From positions 20,338,001 to 20,402,000 of the forward strand of contig NC_086118.1 of NCBI RefSeq assembly GCF_963921235.1: DNA of 64,000 nucleotides, in the 5' to 3' direction. The position numbers and the translations under genes are program-made. The stretch's first letter is position 1, and each line of letters opens with the position of its first letter. The notes under the pieces were generated by a model that saw nothing but the letters and a program-made list of their open reading frames with translations, did not search any database and was not told where the DNA came from. Source of the DNA: Mobula hypostoma. Taxonomy: Eukaryota. Positions 25,369-38,385 of this stretch are shown piece by piece.

Positions 25369-26408
25369 GAATACACACAGAATGCTGGAGGAACTCAACA
25401 TGCCAAGCGGCATCTATGGAAAAGAATAAACAGTCGATGTTTCAGGCCAAGATCTTTCACCAGGTCTGGAAAAAAAGCTGAGAAGTCAGAGTAAGAAGGT
25501 TGGGGGCGGGGAGGAAGGAATACAGTGAAGTAAGTGATAGGTGAAACTGGGAGGGGGAGGGGTGAAGTAAAGAGCTGGGAAGTTGATTGGTGAAAGAGGG
25601 AAAGGGTTGGAGAAGGGGAATCTAATAGGAGAGGTCAGAAGGCCAGGAAGAAAGAGAATTGGTGGAGCACCAGAGGGAAATGATGAGCACAGGTAAGGAG
25701 TTAAATTGAGAGGGGGAACTGGGAGTGAGGAATGGTGAAGGTGGGGCATTACCAGAAGTTAGAGGTCAATGTTCATGCCATCAGGTTGGAGGCTACCTAG
25801 ACAGAATATAAGGCGTTGCTCCTCCAACCTGAGCGTGCCCTCATTGTGACAGTAGAGGAGGCTGTGGACTGACATGTCAGAATGGGAATGTGATGTGGAA
25901 TTAAAATGGACAGCCACCGGGAGATCCCACTTCTTCTGAAGGTGGAGCGTAGGTGCTTCCAACCGGATGGCATGAACATCAATTTCTTGTACTTCCAGTA
26001 ATCCCCACCCCCATCATTCCCCATTCACTTTCCTTTTCTCACCTTATCTTCTTACCTGCCCATCACCTCCCTCCGGTGCACCTCCCCCTTCCTTTTCTGG
26101 CCTTCTGTCCTCTCCTATAAGATTCCCCCTTCTCCAGTCCTTTATCTCTTCCACCAATTGACTTCCCAGCTCTTTACTTCACCCCTCCCCCTCCCAGTTT
26201 CACCCATCACCTACTGCCTTCTATTTCTTCCTCCCCTCTCCCCACCTTCTTACTCTGACTTCTCATCTTTTTTTCCAGTCCCGATGGAAGGTCTTGGTCC
26301 GAAATGTCGGCTGTTTACTCTTTTCCATAGGTGCTGCTTGGCCGGCTGAGTTCCTCCAGCATTTTGTGTGTTGCTTGGATTTCCAGCACCTGCAGATGTT
26401 CTCCTTTT
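25369..26408. mobile_element. Older PLE inverted pLTR palindrome
   Basis: PVAVHFNSTSHSHSDMS..RLEEQRLIFCLGSLQPDGMNID, diverged inverted arms, perfect 14-bp TSD AATGAATTTCTCTG (25355-25368 and 26409-26422). Confidence 0.88.
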
Positions 26409-27719
26409 AATGAATTTCTCTGCTGCTTTGTGACCAGCAGATGCTTTGTCACCACAAATCTTTAAAAATTTAATGCCATGCCTTGCTTAAATTTCTGTAA
26501 GCAGCCTGCTGAATGTTCGCAGTTATCTTCAATTTTCAGTTTGTCATGATAGGTCTTTACTTGTTTCCTGATCCCCATACCATTATGTTCACTTCAATGC
26601 TTTCAATACATGACTGAGATCTTCATTTTTTCTATTTTGCATTAACTTCTGTTCTTTGCATATGAGGTCACTTCTCAGAACTGGCTGTGGAGTGCGGAGA
26701 CCTGCTCAGCGCCTGGGAACCTTCCCAGCACCTTGCGGAATTTTCCATTTATGACATCATGTCAGTGCTCAGAAAAATATTGGATTTCAGGTGTTTTTGG
26801 ATTTTGTAATTTCAGATAACGGGTGCTCAACCTGTATTACATTTCCAAAGTTGTGTGTTGAATAGTATTAGAGCTACATATATTTGCATGCATATGAAGT
26901 CATCTAATATGTTTTAAATCACATGGATTTCTTAAAAGTGCAATTTGCTAAAAACTTAAATTATTCATGCTTGTTGTAGATCTCATTCTCAGATTCTTTT
27001 TTCCTTATTTCTGTATTGAATTTTATTGAACTATCATTGCTTAGATATATTTAAACTACTCAGTGAAATCGAACTCATTTCATTAGGGAATCAATCTGTA
27101 ATAAGATTCAGTGTATTCAAGTTTGGTGAAATTTCAATTGATCTGTAAAACTAATAATGAATCTGAATGCCAAGCATTCAACATTGTGCTTTTTTTAGCC
27201 TGCCTAGAATCTTACATGAAATTACCCTCTACAGAACACATTCTGAGTTTGAATTTAGACTGCTACTAACCAGAAACCAGGCAAGAAAGTTATTTGCTCC
27301 TGCAACCACTTATAGAATATCTCCAGACAGAACCCTGAAAGCTCAGTAATGCAAGGGTCATTATGTTCATTGTAAAATCAAACTTTCATACAACACAAGT
27401 TCTATATGGATGCTGTAACAAGATGAATATCAAATGCTTTGGATGACATTCCTCAAAACTGATTCCAGCTATTCTTTACCTTGTTATTTTGGTAACACGG
27501 GATGCAATAGGTAATAACAGCCTTTTGTTTCACAAATTGATGATCATTATTTGGCATTATGTCATTCCTAGTGTCTCAAATCGAATCTTTCTTGTCAGTA
27601 GCCAAAGAGTATTTGCAGTTATTAAACTAGAAACAGTTCAGGAAAGGTTTTCAGAATGTTATCCGCACTTGGGGATCTGAGTGAAAAGGAGAAGTTGCAT
27701 AGACTTTATTTATTTATTG

Positions 27720-28004
27720 ATTTACCTATCTATTTAGATGCAGCTTTGAATAGGCCCTTGTGCCCCTTTCAGCCACACCACCCCCCCCCAGCAATCCCGA
27801 TTTAACCGTGGCCCAATCACAGGACAATTTACAATGTACAATTAACCTACCAAACTGGACTATGGGAGGAAACCAGAGCACCCAGAGGAAACCCACGCAG
27901 TCACAGGGAGGCCGTACAAACTCCTGACAGACAGCAGCAGGAACTGAACCCGGGTCACTGGCACCGTAAAGTATTGTGATAACCACGACACTACCGTGCC
28001 GCCC
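27720..28004 (-). mobile_element. tRNA-derived V-SINE
   Basis: Head GGGCGGCACGGTAG..GTGGTTA, B-box GGTTCAGTTCC, V-domain GGGTTTCCTCTGGGTGCTCTGGTTTCCTCCCA. Confidence 0.8.
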
Positions 28005-28029
28005 TAACCCTCAATCTTCTTTTTGACAA

Positions 28030-29540
28030 AGGAGATCGAGGGCTGACTAGATAAAGCTGCATAAGATCATGAGGGAGCGTAGAGAGCGTGAACGCACTGT
28101 CTTTATCCAAGGGAAGTGGTGCAAAAAAAAAACAAGGCATGTGTGTAAGATCAGAGGTGAGACATTTTAAAGGGACAGTTAAAGGGGCAGTTTCTTCATA
28201 TAAAGATGATGTGTATTTGGAATGAACTGCCAGAAATAGTGGTTGGGCAGGCACATTAGCAGCATTTAAAAGCTGCTTAGGTAAGTACAGTACAAGGATA
28301 GGAGAGGTTCAGTGGGCATTGAATCAAACATGGGCATATTGAACCAGCTCACTGAATAACTGTCAGCATGGTGTCATAAGGGGCTAGGCACTGGGAGGTG
28401 GACCCAAGTGCAAGACACAGACACTGAACAAGGAACAGGACTAGGACTAGAGTTAAGCAAGAGAAGTGGGGAAGAAAGGACACTGGACATGACACAGGCC
28501 CTGGACAAGACAAGGATACAGGCTCTGGGCTAGGACTTGACTAGGACGGCAGAACCCAGACATGGAACTTGGAACTAAGAGCCTGGGCTTGGACTCCGAG
28601 CGACAGACTGGACAAGGACCTAGAACCTGGGTCTTGACTCGGGCTCGGACCCCAGAACTAGACAAGGACATGACATGGCTACAGGACTGGACATGGCTTG
28701 GGTTTCTACAAGGCTTGGGTATGGACTCCGAGCTAGAGACTGGGCAAGGACCCAGAACCTGGGACTTAGACTCAGACTCAGACTCCAGAACTAGGCAAGG
28801 ACAGGGCATGGCTCCGGGATGAGGAGAGGCAACAGGACTGGATGCGAGACTCCTGGACAGGACAAGGGAACACCAGCACAGGACAAGGAAACCCCTGAAC
28901 CAGGCTGGGCAAGGTACTCCTGGGCTGGGCAAGACACATGGACAAGACAAGAACACAAAGCCATGGCTTGGACAGGACAAGGTTCTTAGTAGAGGGGAGC
29001 ACCAGGAGCACCGAGCCTTGGTCAAGGGGAGCACCAGGAGCACAGAGCCAGGACACATCCTTGGAAACAGGACACAGGGGCAGGACTCATTACACAGAAT
29101 ACAGAATACAACAAGACAGTTCACAACACAAGGTAGCAGCAGACAGCCAGACCTACCTAGCAAAGGCATGGACACAGAGACAGTTCAAAACAACAAAAGA
29201 CAGTTCCTTATCTTGCTCCAGCAGTAGAACTTGACAGCAGTGCAGCCAAGGGTTACAGGCAAGACAAGGGTTGGCTTCAGGACAAAAGGACAGAGAAGGA
29301 ATACAGACAGGGGGTTTCAACAGGAGCAATCCAGCAGCCAGAGGCTAAATCCTGAAGCTATTTATGAGGCCAGCCAAACGAGAATCAGCTGCCTCAACAG
29401 AAACTGGGGAAAATGGGAAAACCTGGAATAAGGAACATGGACCGAACTGTGAGCCAGAATGCGGATTTCACGGACCGGACCACGACACATGGTTGAATTA
29501 GGCCAGAAGGCCTGTTTCCATGCTGTATGACTCTATGACA
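28030..29540 (+). mobile_element. CR1 3' fragment split by an LTR-like insertion
   Basis: Degenerate CR1 C-terminus at 28030-28371, tail GGCCTGTTTCCATGCTGTATGACTCTATGAC at 29493-29540. Confidence 0.65.
28372..29487. mobile_element. Solo LTR-like element (1116 bp) with internal tandem repeats
   Basis: TGTCAT...ACGACA termini, perfect 5-bp TSD CATGG. Internal repeats such as GGACTCCGAGC..AGACTGG.CAAGGACC.AGAACCTGGG and GGGGAGCACCAGGAGCAC. Confidence 0.75.
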
Positions 29541-30627
29541 GTAGTTGGGTACATTTGAAGAACATAGGAAAAGGGGAAAAAATAGGCCATATGCCTCAAA
29601 GTTGCACCCCATTCAGCAAGGACAAGGACATCCTGACCTCAATTCAACTTTTGTGCTAGGACCCGGCAACTTTTGATTCTACTAAAGCCTAAAAATCTAC
29701 TTATTAAAATAATGATATAGCACAGACCTCAGAAGTTTAATTTTATTTCAGCTACGGGCACATAAAAATAGTCAACATGCTTACGGTAAGCTTGTGGTGT
29801 GGAGTCAGAAGCATGTACCTGATTAAAAGAGGTAACTAAATGTAATCTCAAGACTAGAACTGTAACAGCCCAGCTAATGAAGCCTGCTCCATTGTAGAGA
29901 CTGCAAGTTTTGACTTTTAAGGAATGAAATAGCATAAAATGTTTTGAGTACTATTGTCAGAGCAAAGTGAATTGAGTCATACATAAACAAAACAGTAAGC
30001 TAATATGAAACTTCCTGAGGTATCCCTGTGGTATTAGATGAAAGGTTTTTTTGCCACTCCACAACACGCAAATCAGCTAAAAGCATTCAGACTTCCCTTT
30101 TTCTTCAAATTCAAAAGAGTCTGCAATAGATTAGCTAATGGATGCTAAAAGCTTTTTCACATGCTTTTAACATGCTGTAATTAGACAATTAGGATATTTG
30201 GAAGCATGAAAACATTTTTCTAGAACTTGTGAAGAATCAGGCCAAACAGGAGAACAATAATTTTATTTCTACAACTTTACATTTCAGCTTGTATTTATGA
30301 GTGATGTTTAAAATGGCTTTTCTCCTTGTGACACGTTTTGTCCATTCTTAACTGCTTTGGAGAGATCGTGCACACGAAAATACCAAGTTTCTTTCTGCTG
30401 TCTGCTGGTTGAAGTAACCGAGATACTCTCAATTAATCTGGAACGCAAACCATTCCACGTGGCTCTGAATTTCTCCTCAATACCGAAATTAAAAATTCTG
30501 CAGGATTGAAACATTTGCAGAAATTACAGATATAGTTATTGACTACACTACAGGTACAGTTCAGATAATTCTTAAAGATTGAACAAGATATTTCATGCAT
30601 GTGATTCTAAGCTTCTTAATAAATTCA

Positions 30628-31203
30628 TGTTGTTGTGGCATCCGTTAGTCTCGCGAGACCATGGATCTGCACCTGGAAAGTCTTGCTTCAGTCTGTGTTC
30701 CAGCCTCCAGTGAGAGCGATCGCTTGCAATGTCCTCCCACCTCTCGACGTTCATGTTCAGTGACTTCATGTCTCTCTTGCAGCCATCTTTGAAACAAAGA
30801 TGGGGCCGCCCTTATGCTCCCTTGCCTCCAGTTCCCCGTACAGCAGGTCTTTCGTGATCCTCCCATCTGACGTGCGATGTACGTGGCCCAGCCAACGGAG
30901 ACAGCTTTGTTGGAGCAGGATGAAGGGGCTGGGCATCTGGGTGCAGGCCAGGACCTCATTGTTGGTGACTCGGTCAACCCACTTGATGTCCAGCATGCGT
31001 CTCAGGCTGCGATGGTGGAAGGTGTTGAGACACCGCTCTTGTCTGGAGTAGAGGCTCCAGGTCTCGCTGCCATAAAGCAGTGTGCTGAGGACGCAGGCCC
31101 AGTAGACTGCAACCTTGGTGTGCATCGTCAGCTTTCTGTTCTCCCAGACTCTCTTTGTCAGCCTGGCGAATGTTGAGGCTGCTCGTCCGATCCGTCTGTT
31201 GAT
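30628..31203 (-). mobile_element. RTE-clade LINE 3' fragment
   Basis: KVAVYWACVLSTLLYGSETW..LRRMLDIKWVDRVTNNEVL..LRWLGHV. (CAA)n tail. Confidence 0.85.
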
Positions 31204-33399
31204 TCATATAAGCTAATTTAATAATCACAGTGGGAAGACAGATCATCTATACTCCAAAACCTACTGCAGACTTGACCCAAACATAAACAAAAGAGAGAAA
31301 ATAAGAGTAACTGCTCATGATATTTGAACAAAGAACCTTGGTAAAACTGAAGCCAATGGGAATTAAGAGAAAATCTCACAACTGCTTGGAGTCATAACTC
31401 ACACAACCGAAGACAGTGACTGTTGGATCTGCCACTTAAACCTACTGACTCATTCAGTTCTAGTGTACTTGAGGTTCTGGACTGGATTAATATCTGTCCT
31501 GCAAGAAAAGATTGTGTAATTTATTCCATACTATGCATTTCCAGTTGCAAAGCTTTCACTGTATATCAGTGCATGTGACAATAATGACCAAATGATTAGA
31601 ATGGTTAGATATAATCCCTTCTTGGCTTAGTTTTTTTAAAATACAGTATGTAAAAGTCTTCATATATTGACTCCCCTCCTGATGCTTCAAACCTAATCTG
31701 TCATGTACAAATCAGGTGATGAAATACTCTTCCCCCACCTCCCCCACCCCACCACAGAGCTCCAGTAACATTCCAACCAGCCAGGGCTTCTCTGCTGCGC
31801 ACCCAGAAACAACATTCCCGGCAGGCTGATCGACTATGTCGACAGGTAAGGCCATTCAAGCCAGGAGAGGTGGTCTGGTTGGGGTCAAGGGAGCTTCCCC
31901 TGAAAGTCGAGAACCAGAAATTAGCATCGTGCTACGTGGGACCGTCTAACGAAGCCTACGCTGCAGCTGAAAAGAAAATCTAAACATCCAAGTCTGGGCA
32001 AGCACTGTGACGACAAGTATGGAGTTAAATACTATCATCATTAAATAGTAATTAGCTGATACATGCAAATTCACAAGCGCTGCCAAATCCATGGTTGTGA
32101 CAGATGGTGGGAACTGAATTCGTGTCTCAGACTGTCCAACATCCAGGTCCCTGAATTATTAATCTCGTACTATCACCACTAACCTATCACCTCCAAAATC
32201 CATTGACCTCGGAGCAATTTCAACAGCTTTTACTCTGTTGACTCTGTAACATCAAGGTAGTAACCAGTTGAGAAATCCACTGCAATGTTCAAACACATTG
32301 CCAATCAATAGCAGGTACTAAGGAGCCCAACCTTTGGCCCTGAAGGCTGAAGCAAGTTCAGGCAATGGTGCCAAACTGTTTATTATGTCTGCAGAAGTAG
32401 CTTGAGATACTCGACAACAAACTTCATATCTACCATTAGTCTGCCAATTCACCAATGACCTTTTGTTTCCCAGTCTTCTCCTGGAGCCAGTACTTCTTGC
32501 CCAGGCAGCATGTTGGAGCAATAATGGGATGGATGAAGGGAAACTTTAGTGCATACTTCAAGTAGATGGCACCATGTAAATTTATCTTAGTTAAGATACA
32601 TTCCAGATTACATTACACTCAACTGTCTGCCATTTAGGGATGTGCTCAGTTTGTTGTGAAATTTTTGCCCATGTGTGGTTGTCATGGCCAAAATTTGTTA
32701 CAGACAGAGAATGAGAATGAAATCACACAGATGTATCCCTGAGCGTCATCTCGTGGTTGGAGACTGCAAGTGCAATATAATGAATCCCATCAAAACTGAA
32801 GAAGGATCTTAATATACAAATATATAATGGTTTATATTGGCAGAAAACTGTGATCAAAAACTGGAACAAAAGAATTAGGTTTTGTAAATACCCAATTACA
32901 ATGTAATGTTCACTGTTACCTGAACAGATGGCACAGAATAGAGAAGGAAATAAAGGAGGGGATTTGTAAAGAATTGATCATACAAATGAGTGAATCCACT
33001 AAATGTGGGAGTTAAAGTGTTGTAAATAGACTAACATTTACCCATAACATCAGCAAAGGAGGACCAGAAATTTAATAAAGTCAGGTAAGCTAGAATTTGA
33101 AAGTACACAGATGAAAAATATAAAGATAGGCTGACAGGACTTCAATAAGAACATTTAAAGGAAAAAAAAACAACAGCAAGGGCAAATATAGGCCCTAACA
33201 GACAAAAACAGGAGGGTTTATAAGGGGGAATAAGTTCAAGTTCAAATTCATCTACTTTCATTGGCGTACAGTACATACTCAAGGTATAAATACCATGAGA
33301 ATTAACTGTTTACAGCAGAGGTACAGCACATTACAACCATAATTTAACACAAATGATGCTTAACTTACATGACAAAATAAATAAAACTAACTTAGTGAT

Positions 33400-33560
33400 A
33401 TTAGTCAATGTTTCGGCCTGAGACCCTCCGTCAGGATCTCACCCTGAAACTTTAACCATTTATTCATTTCCTTAAATGCTGCCTGACCTGCTGAGTTCCT
33501 CCAGTATCTTGTGTGTCTTGCTTTGGATTTCCAGCATCTGCAGATTTTCTCATGTTTATG
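33400..33560. mobile_element. PLE mini-hairpin remnant
   Basis: Decayed hammerhead on the minus strand (AGTCAATGTTTCGGCC..CGTCAGGAT) joined to the right arm and tail. Confidence 0.65.
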
Positions 33561-34422
33561 ATAGAGATATTAGTGCAAGTTGACTCCTGTGCATTTTCCT
33601 TGATGGCAAAAATGAACAGGAGGCATGGTCCAGATGATGAGGGTCCTTAGTGATAGGATGATGGGTGTTGCCTTCCTGAGACATCACTTGTTATAGATGC
33701 ACTTGATATTGCGGAAAGTGCTGTGCCTGTGATGGAACTGGCTAAGTCCGCCATTGTATCTGCTCACGTTCCTCTGCCTTGAAGTTTCCATGAAGTAATT
33801 ATTTCCTAGATACACGACACCTGCCAGATTTATTAGAGAATTGAAGGTCTACTGCAAACAAAGAACAAAAGAACTAATACTAAGTCAAGTAGTACTAGAG
33901 AAGTAGCTTCAGAAGTAGTGGATATGTTTGTTATAATTTTAGGAAGTTTTATAGATAGAGAACTTGTTCCTCTAAGTTAAAAGTGGAATTTCACCCCCAC
34001 TGTTTAAGGAAGGAGGGAGAGAGAAGATAGGGAACCATTAGCCTATAAGTATAATATCAGTGATAGGAAAATTGTATTTTAAAATGAACAAAGGGGTTGA
34101 ACAGCATTTATGAAAGGAAAATTATACAAGACCAATCAATGTATCTACTGTTCTTTGAGTACGCAACTAGAGGAGTGGAAATGGTTCATCTGAATTTTCA
34201 GAATGACCTGCTGAGGTTGATCAACAAAGTTGAAGTACATGGACCTGGGACTAATGTACTGACATAGACAGAAAAGTAGTTATTGGACCGAGAGCAAACA
34301 ATAGAAGTAACTACTTATAAATGAAGCTGCCTCAGGACTTCATTGAACTGGGTTCAATCCTTGTCTTCAGCACTCTCTTTATAAAGATTGCATCTTCTCC
34401 CTGTGGCCAAATGGGCTTTCTC

Positions 34423-37415
34423 TAGGGAAGCCAGACGTCCGGCTTTAGGCTGGACAGTCCGGCTTTTGAACACTCTCTCCTCCGTCTGGTGCCAGCTCGA
34501 GCTGTACGTTAACTTGTCCTCCTTTTCTGGGTCTGACTAAAAAACTTATATAAATTACCTCAGATATACTTAAAACAGTGGGAACTGAAAGCTATAACAA
34601 CCGTTAACGTATTTTTATTATATGTAGTTGCCGTTGTCAACACTGCTGATAAGTCGCAGTGTACGAGTCACATCAGCACGTCCGAGAGGGTCAGTCTGCC
34701 CAAGGCCGCCACCGCAGTGGAGAGTGGTTGACCCTTTCGTTCTTGTTTCAAGCCCCTAAAGAAATGCCAAAAAGAAAGACTATATTTAACCATGAATGGG
34801 CCAAAGAATTTGGATTTACTGCTAAAAGCAGAAAAGGTATCTTTCATGTTTTTTGTACACCTTGCCGTTGTGATGTGGAGATTGGCAGTAAGGGAGACAG
34901 TGCAGTTGAATGACACGCTGCCACAGATAAACATAAAGTTAACACTCGTACTGCTGGTACGTCATCATTGTTATCATTTTTCTCCCCAGCTCGATCAAGT
35001 CAAGATGACAAAATCTTGGCCGCAGAACTGTGTAAGGTGTATCATGCTGTGAAGCATCATCAGTCATACAGAAGTGTTGATTGTGGAGTAAAAGTTGACA
35101 AAGAAATATACAGTGACTCAGTGACAGTGAAAGGTGTAACATGTGGGAAAACTAAAGCAAAAGCTCTGTGTAAAAATATTCTAGCACCGTATTCTGTACA
35201 AAAGCATGTGGAGTATATAGAAACATAGAAACATAGAAAATAGGTGCAGGAGTAGGCCATTCGGCCCTTCGAGCCTGCACCGCCATTTATTATGATCATG
35301 GCTGATCATCCAACTCAGAACCCAGCCTTCCCTCCATACCCCCTGACCCCTGTAGCCACAAGGGCCATATCTAACTTCCTTTTAAACATAGCTAATGAAC
35401 TGGCCTCAACAGTTTGCTGTGGCAGAGAATTCCACAGATTCACCACTCTCTGTGTGAAGAAGTTTTTCCTAACCTCGGTCCTAAAAGGCTTCCCCTCTAT
35501 CCTCAAACTGTGACCCCTCGTTCTAGACCTCCCCAACATCGGGAACAATCTTCCTGCATCTAGCCTGTCCAATCCCTTTAGGATCTTATACGTTTCAATC
35601 ATATCAAGGAACATGGCTTGCCCTTTTCAGTAGCAAGTGATGCTTCAAACAAAGGTGCAACAAAGTGTTTCCCAATACTTCTGAGATACTTTGATTTTGA
35701 GAAGGGAGTGCAACATGTGTTACTTGACTTTTATAGCGATAACAATGAATCATCAGAGGACATAACAAATCAGCTACTGGTTCAACTAGAGACGTCAGGT
35801 CTGGATCTGAATAAAGTGTCTACGTACACTGCTGACAATGCAAGTGTAAACTATGGAAAACACAACAGTGTTTATCAAAAACTGAAAATGGCTCAAAAGA
35901 ACATTTTTGCTGCAAATTGTCTGGCCCATGTTTTGTACAATGCAACAAGATTTGCTACAGGAAAACTGGAAGTTGATGTTGAAATTATTGTGCTCGAAAT
36001 GTACAACCATTTCAGCGTCTCAGCTAAAAGAACAGCACAGTTAAAGGAATTCTGTGAACTTGTGGATGTTGATAATTGTAATCTGTTACGGCATGTGGTG
36101 ACTAGATGGCTTTCTCTTTTGCCATCTATTGACAGAGTCCTTAAGTGCTGGGAAGTCCTAAAAAGTTATTTCAGAGTCTAGGTGAGGAGGAGTGCCCCCA
36201 AGATACTGTGGAAGTGCTTTGGAGATGAAGGAAATGCCAGTAAATCGTCAGAGATCTTTCTTCTTCCTTAGTCACACTCCTAAATTGTTCTCAGACGCTA
36301 TTGAAGTACTAGAAGTCAAGTCATTCAGCATAATTTCAGTATTTAAGCTAATGGCTGAACTGAAAAGCAAACTTGAGAGAAGAGTAAAGGACTGTTTTTG
36401 TTTGGCTTTGCAATGAACACCAAGCTTAGCCAGCTTACCCCTAGTGTGTCTGAGAAATGTGAAGCAGACTTCATTGTTTTCTATGAAAGATTCATAAAGA
36501 ACTTTTCTCTGAAAACAGCTTTCATAACAAAGTGTCAAAATTGAGCCTAACAAATGCCATACCTTTTGGAGAATTCTGTGATGCAGTCAAGGCCTGTAAC
36601 CTTCAAGATATTGATATGGATGAATTATATGAAGAGTATGGGATTGTGGAGGCAATTATCAATACTCTTGAGATGGTAGATAGCCATAGTGAAGAATGTT
36701 ATCTCAAGCTGTTCAGTAACTCTGAGATCCCTTTTACAAACCTGAAGAAGGTGAATGCTTATATCTTCTCTATTCCACGCAGCAATGCTCACACAGAACG
36801 CGTTTTTTCAATGATGACCTCAGCTTGGAGAAACAAGAGAAACCGTCTGCAAGTGGACTCAGTCAAAGCAGAGCTCCAAGTATGTAACACTTCTCAGAAG
36901 AGTGCCCAGCCATGTACAAAAAACTCCTGGAGATGGCAAGTAAAGGGCAGAAATACAAAACGTAGACATCCATACCTGGCAGTCCATGGTAGGCCTAAGT
37001 AGGCTACTTCCTTTAGTTTGTGAAGTAAGTTAATTTGGTTAGCATATCTGCTTCAGCAAGAATAAAAATGAATATTCATTTCTTTCAGTTCTTCATTTAT
37101 ACTGTATGAATGCATGTATGTAATATGCAGAATGATGAATTATTGAATTGGAAAAAGGGATCTGGCAGAAAATCACCGATTAATGATGAAGTAGCTAGGT
37201 TTTTGCTGGATTTATATAGGCAAAAAAAGTCATGTTAGAATTTTTATTTAATAAAATAACTAAAGTGACCGTCTGTTTGCATTTGTTGTTTTTGCAATGC
37301 GGTTTAAATTTTATTTTAAAAAATAAATTTTTTTGAAATGCACGGTATATATATAGTAACCTATGACCACGTATGCAATGTCCTCCTTTTTGGAAATTTG
37401 GAAATGGCCACCCTA
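34423..37415 (+). mobile_element. Near full-length hAT DNA transposon (Tip100-like TIR) with a disrupted transposase
   Basis: TIRs TAGGGAAGCCA / TGGCCACCCTA, 8-bp TSD GCTTTCTC/GCTTCCTC. BED-finger-like FCTPCRC, FSVASDASN, ADNASVN, CLAH, TRWLS and dimerisation motif IPRSNAHTERVFS. Stops and frameshifts present. Confidence 0.9.
35215..35600 (-). mobile_element. Young CR1 3' end inserted in the hAT transposase
   Basis: IETYKILKGLDRLDAGRLFP..FFTQRVVNLWNSLP. (TTTCTATG)n tail. Confidence 0.9.
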
Positions 37416-37619
37416 GCTTCCTCCAACTGCTGAGAGAAAGAAATTATGGTTCTTGGTTCTTGTCTAACTCAAGTATAGCTTTCAAAGGTAAAATAATGAA
37501 ACTACAGAATGGGAAAAGTGTGAGGTGACCGACTTTGGGTGGTTAAATTCAGGAGGCAAGTATAGAGTAAATGGCAGGACCCTTGGAGTACTGTATTGAT
37601 ATCTGGAGAGATACATGTC

Positions 37620-37930
37620 CCTATGTGTAGTGGTTAGCATAATGCTTACAACGCCGGCTATAAGATTGGGGTTCAATTCCCACAACTGTCTGTAAGGCAG
37701 TGCATGTCCTCCCCATGGCTGCATGGGTTTCCTCCACATGCTCCAGTCTTCTCCCACATTCCAAAAGATGTATGAGTGAGAGTGAGAAAATTGTGGGCAT
37801 ATTTTATTGGTCGAGGAGCACTGTGCACTGCAGGCTGCCCCCAGCCCATCCTCAGACCATGTTGTTCATTGATGTAAATGATGCATTTCACTGTATGTTT
37901 CAATGTACATGACTAAAATTTAATCTTTTA
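37620..37930 (+). mobile_element. V-SINE inserted in a CR1 fragment
   Basis: GTAGTGGTTAGC A-box, GGTTCAATTCC B-box, GGGTTTCCTCC V-domain. Confidence 0.7.
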
Positions 37931-38004
37931 CAAGTGGATAGGATGGTAGGAAAGTAATAAGTACAAGAGATGCTGAAAATCTTCAGCAACACACATAAAA
38001 TTGT

Positions 38005-38381
38005 CGCCTACTTGTCAGCTTGAACCACTCTGGTCAGTCTACTCTGAGCTCTCTCATTGGCAAGGTATTTCCACCCACAGAAATGGATTTTTGTTTTCAT
38101 TTTTTGCACCATTCTCTGTAAGTTCCAGAGAATGTTGTGCATGAATATCCCAGGAGTTGAGCAGTTGCTGAGATACTCAAACCAACCCATCTAGCAGCAA
38201 TAATCATTCCATGGTCAAAGTCACTTATAATCACAGTTCTTCCCCATTCTGTTGTCTGGTCTGAAGAACAACTGAACCCCTTGACCATGTCTGCATGCTT
38301 TTATGCTTTGAGTAGCTGATTAGATATTTGCACTAACGAACAGAGGTACAGATGTACCAAATAAAGTAGCCACTGAGTGTA
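38005..38381 (-). mobile_element. Tc1/mariner transposon 5' fragment
   Basis: TIR TACACTCAGTGGCTACTTTATT and paired-like HTH ISDFDHGMIIAARWVGLSISATAQLLG..YREW. Confidence 0.8.
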
Positions 38382-38385
38382 TATA

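Larger units (their letters stand above)
24495..26834 (-). mobile_element. Tigger/pogo-like DNA transposon remnant with two nested insertions
   Basis: TIRs CAGATTGGTCACCTCTTATCTGAAAT / ATTTCAGATAACGGGTGCTCAACCTG(TA). Transposase remnant SAGCLQKFK..LKFLKICGDKASA on the minus strand. Confidence 0.7.

Noticed and set aside
26277..26313. Additional active hammerhead ribozyme
   Set aside because: Core mutated (CCGATGG instead of CTGANGA); the copies at 19675, 24140 and 33404 are likewise decayed.
27920..28004. tRNA gene
   Set aside because: The A/B boxes continue into a V-SINE body and no complete cloverleaf is evident.
28453..29175. 240-aa Cys/Pro/Ser-rich ORF as a protein gene
   Set aside because: Explained by tandem repeats within a TSD-flanked element; no domain recognised.
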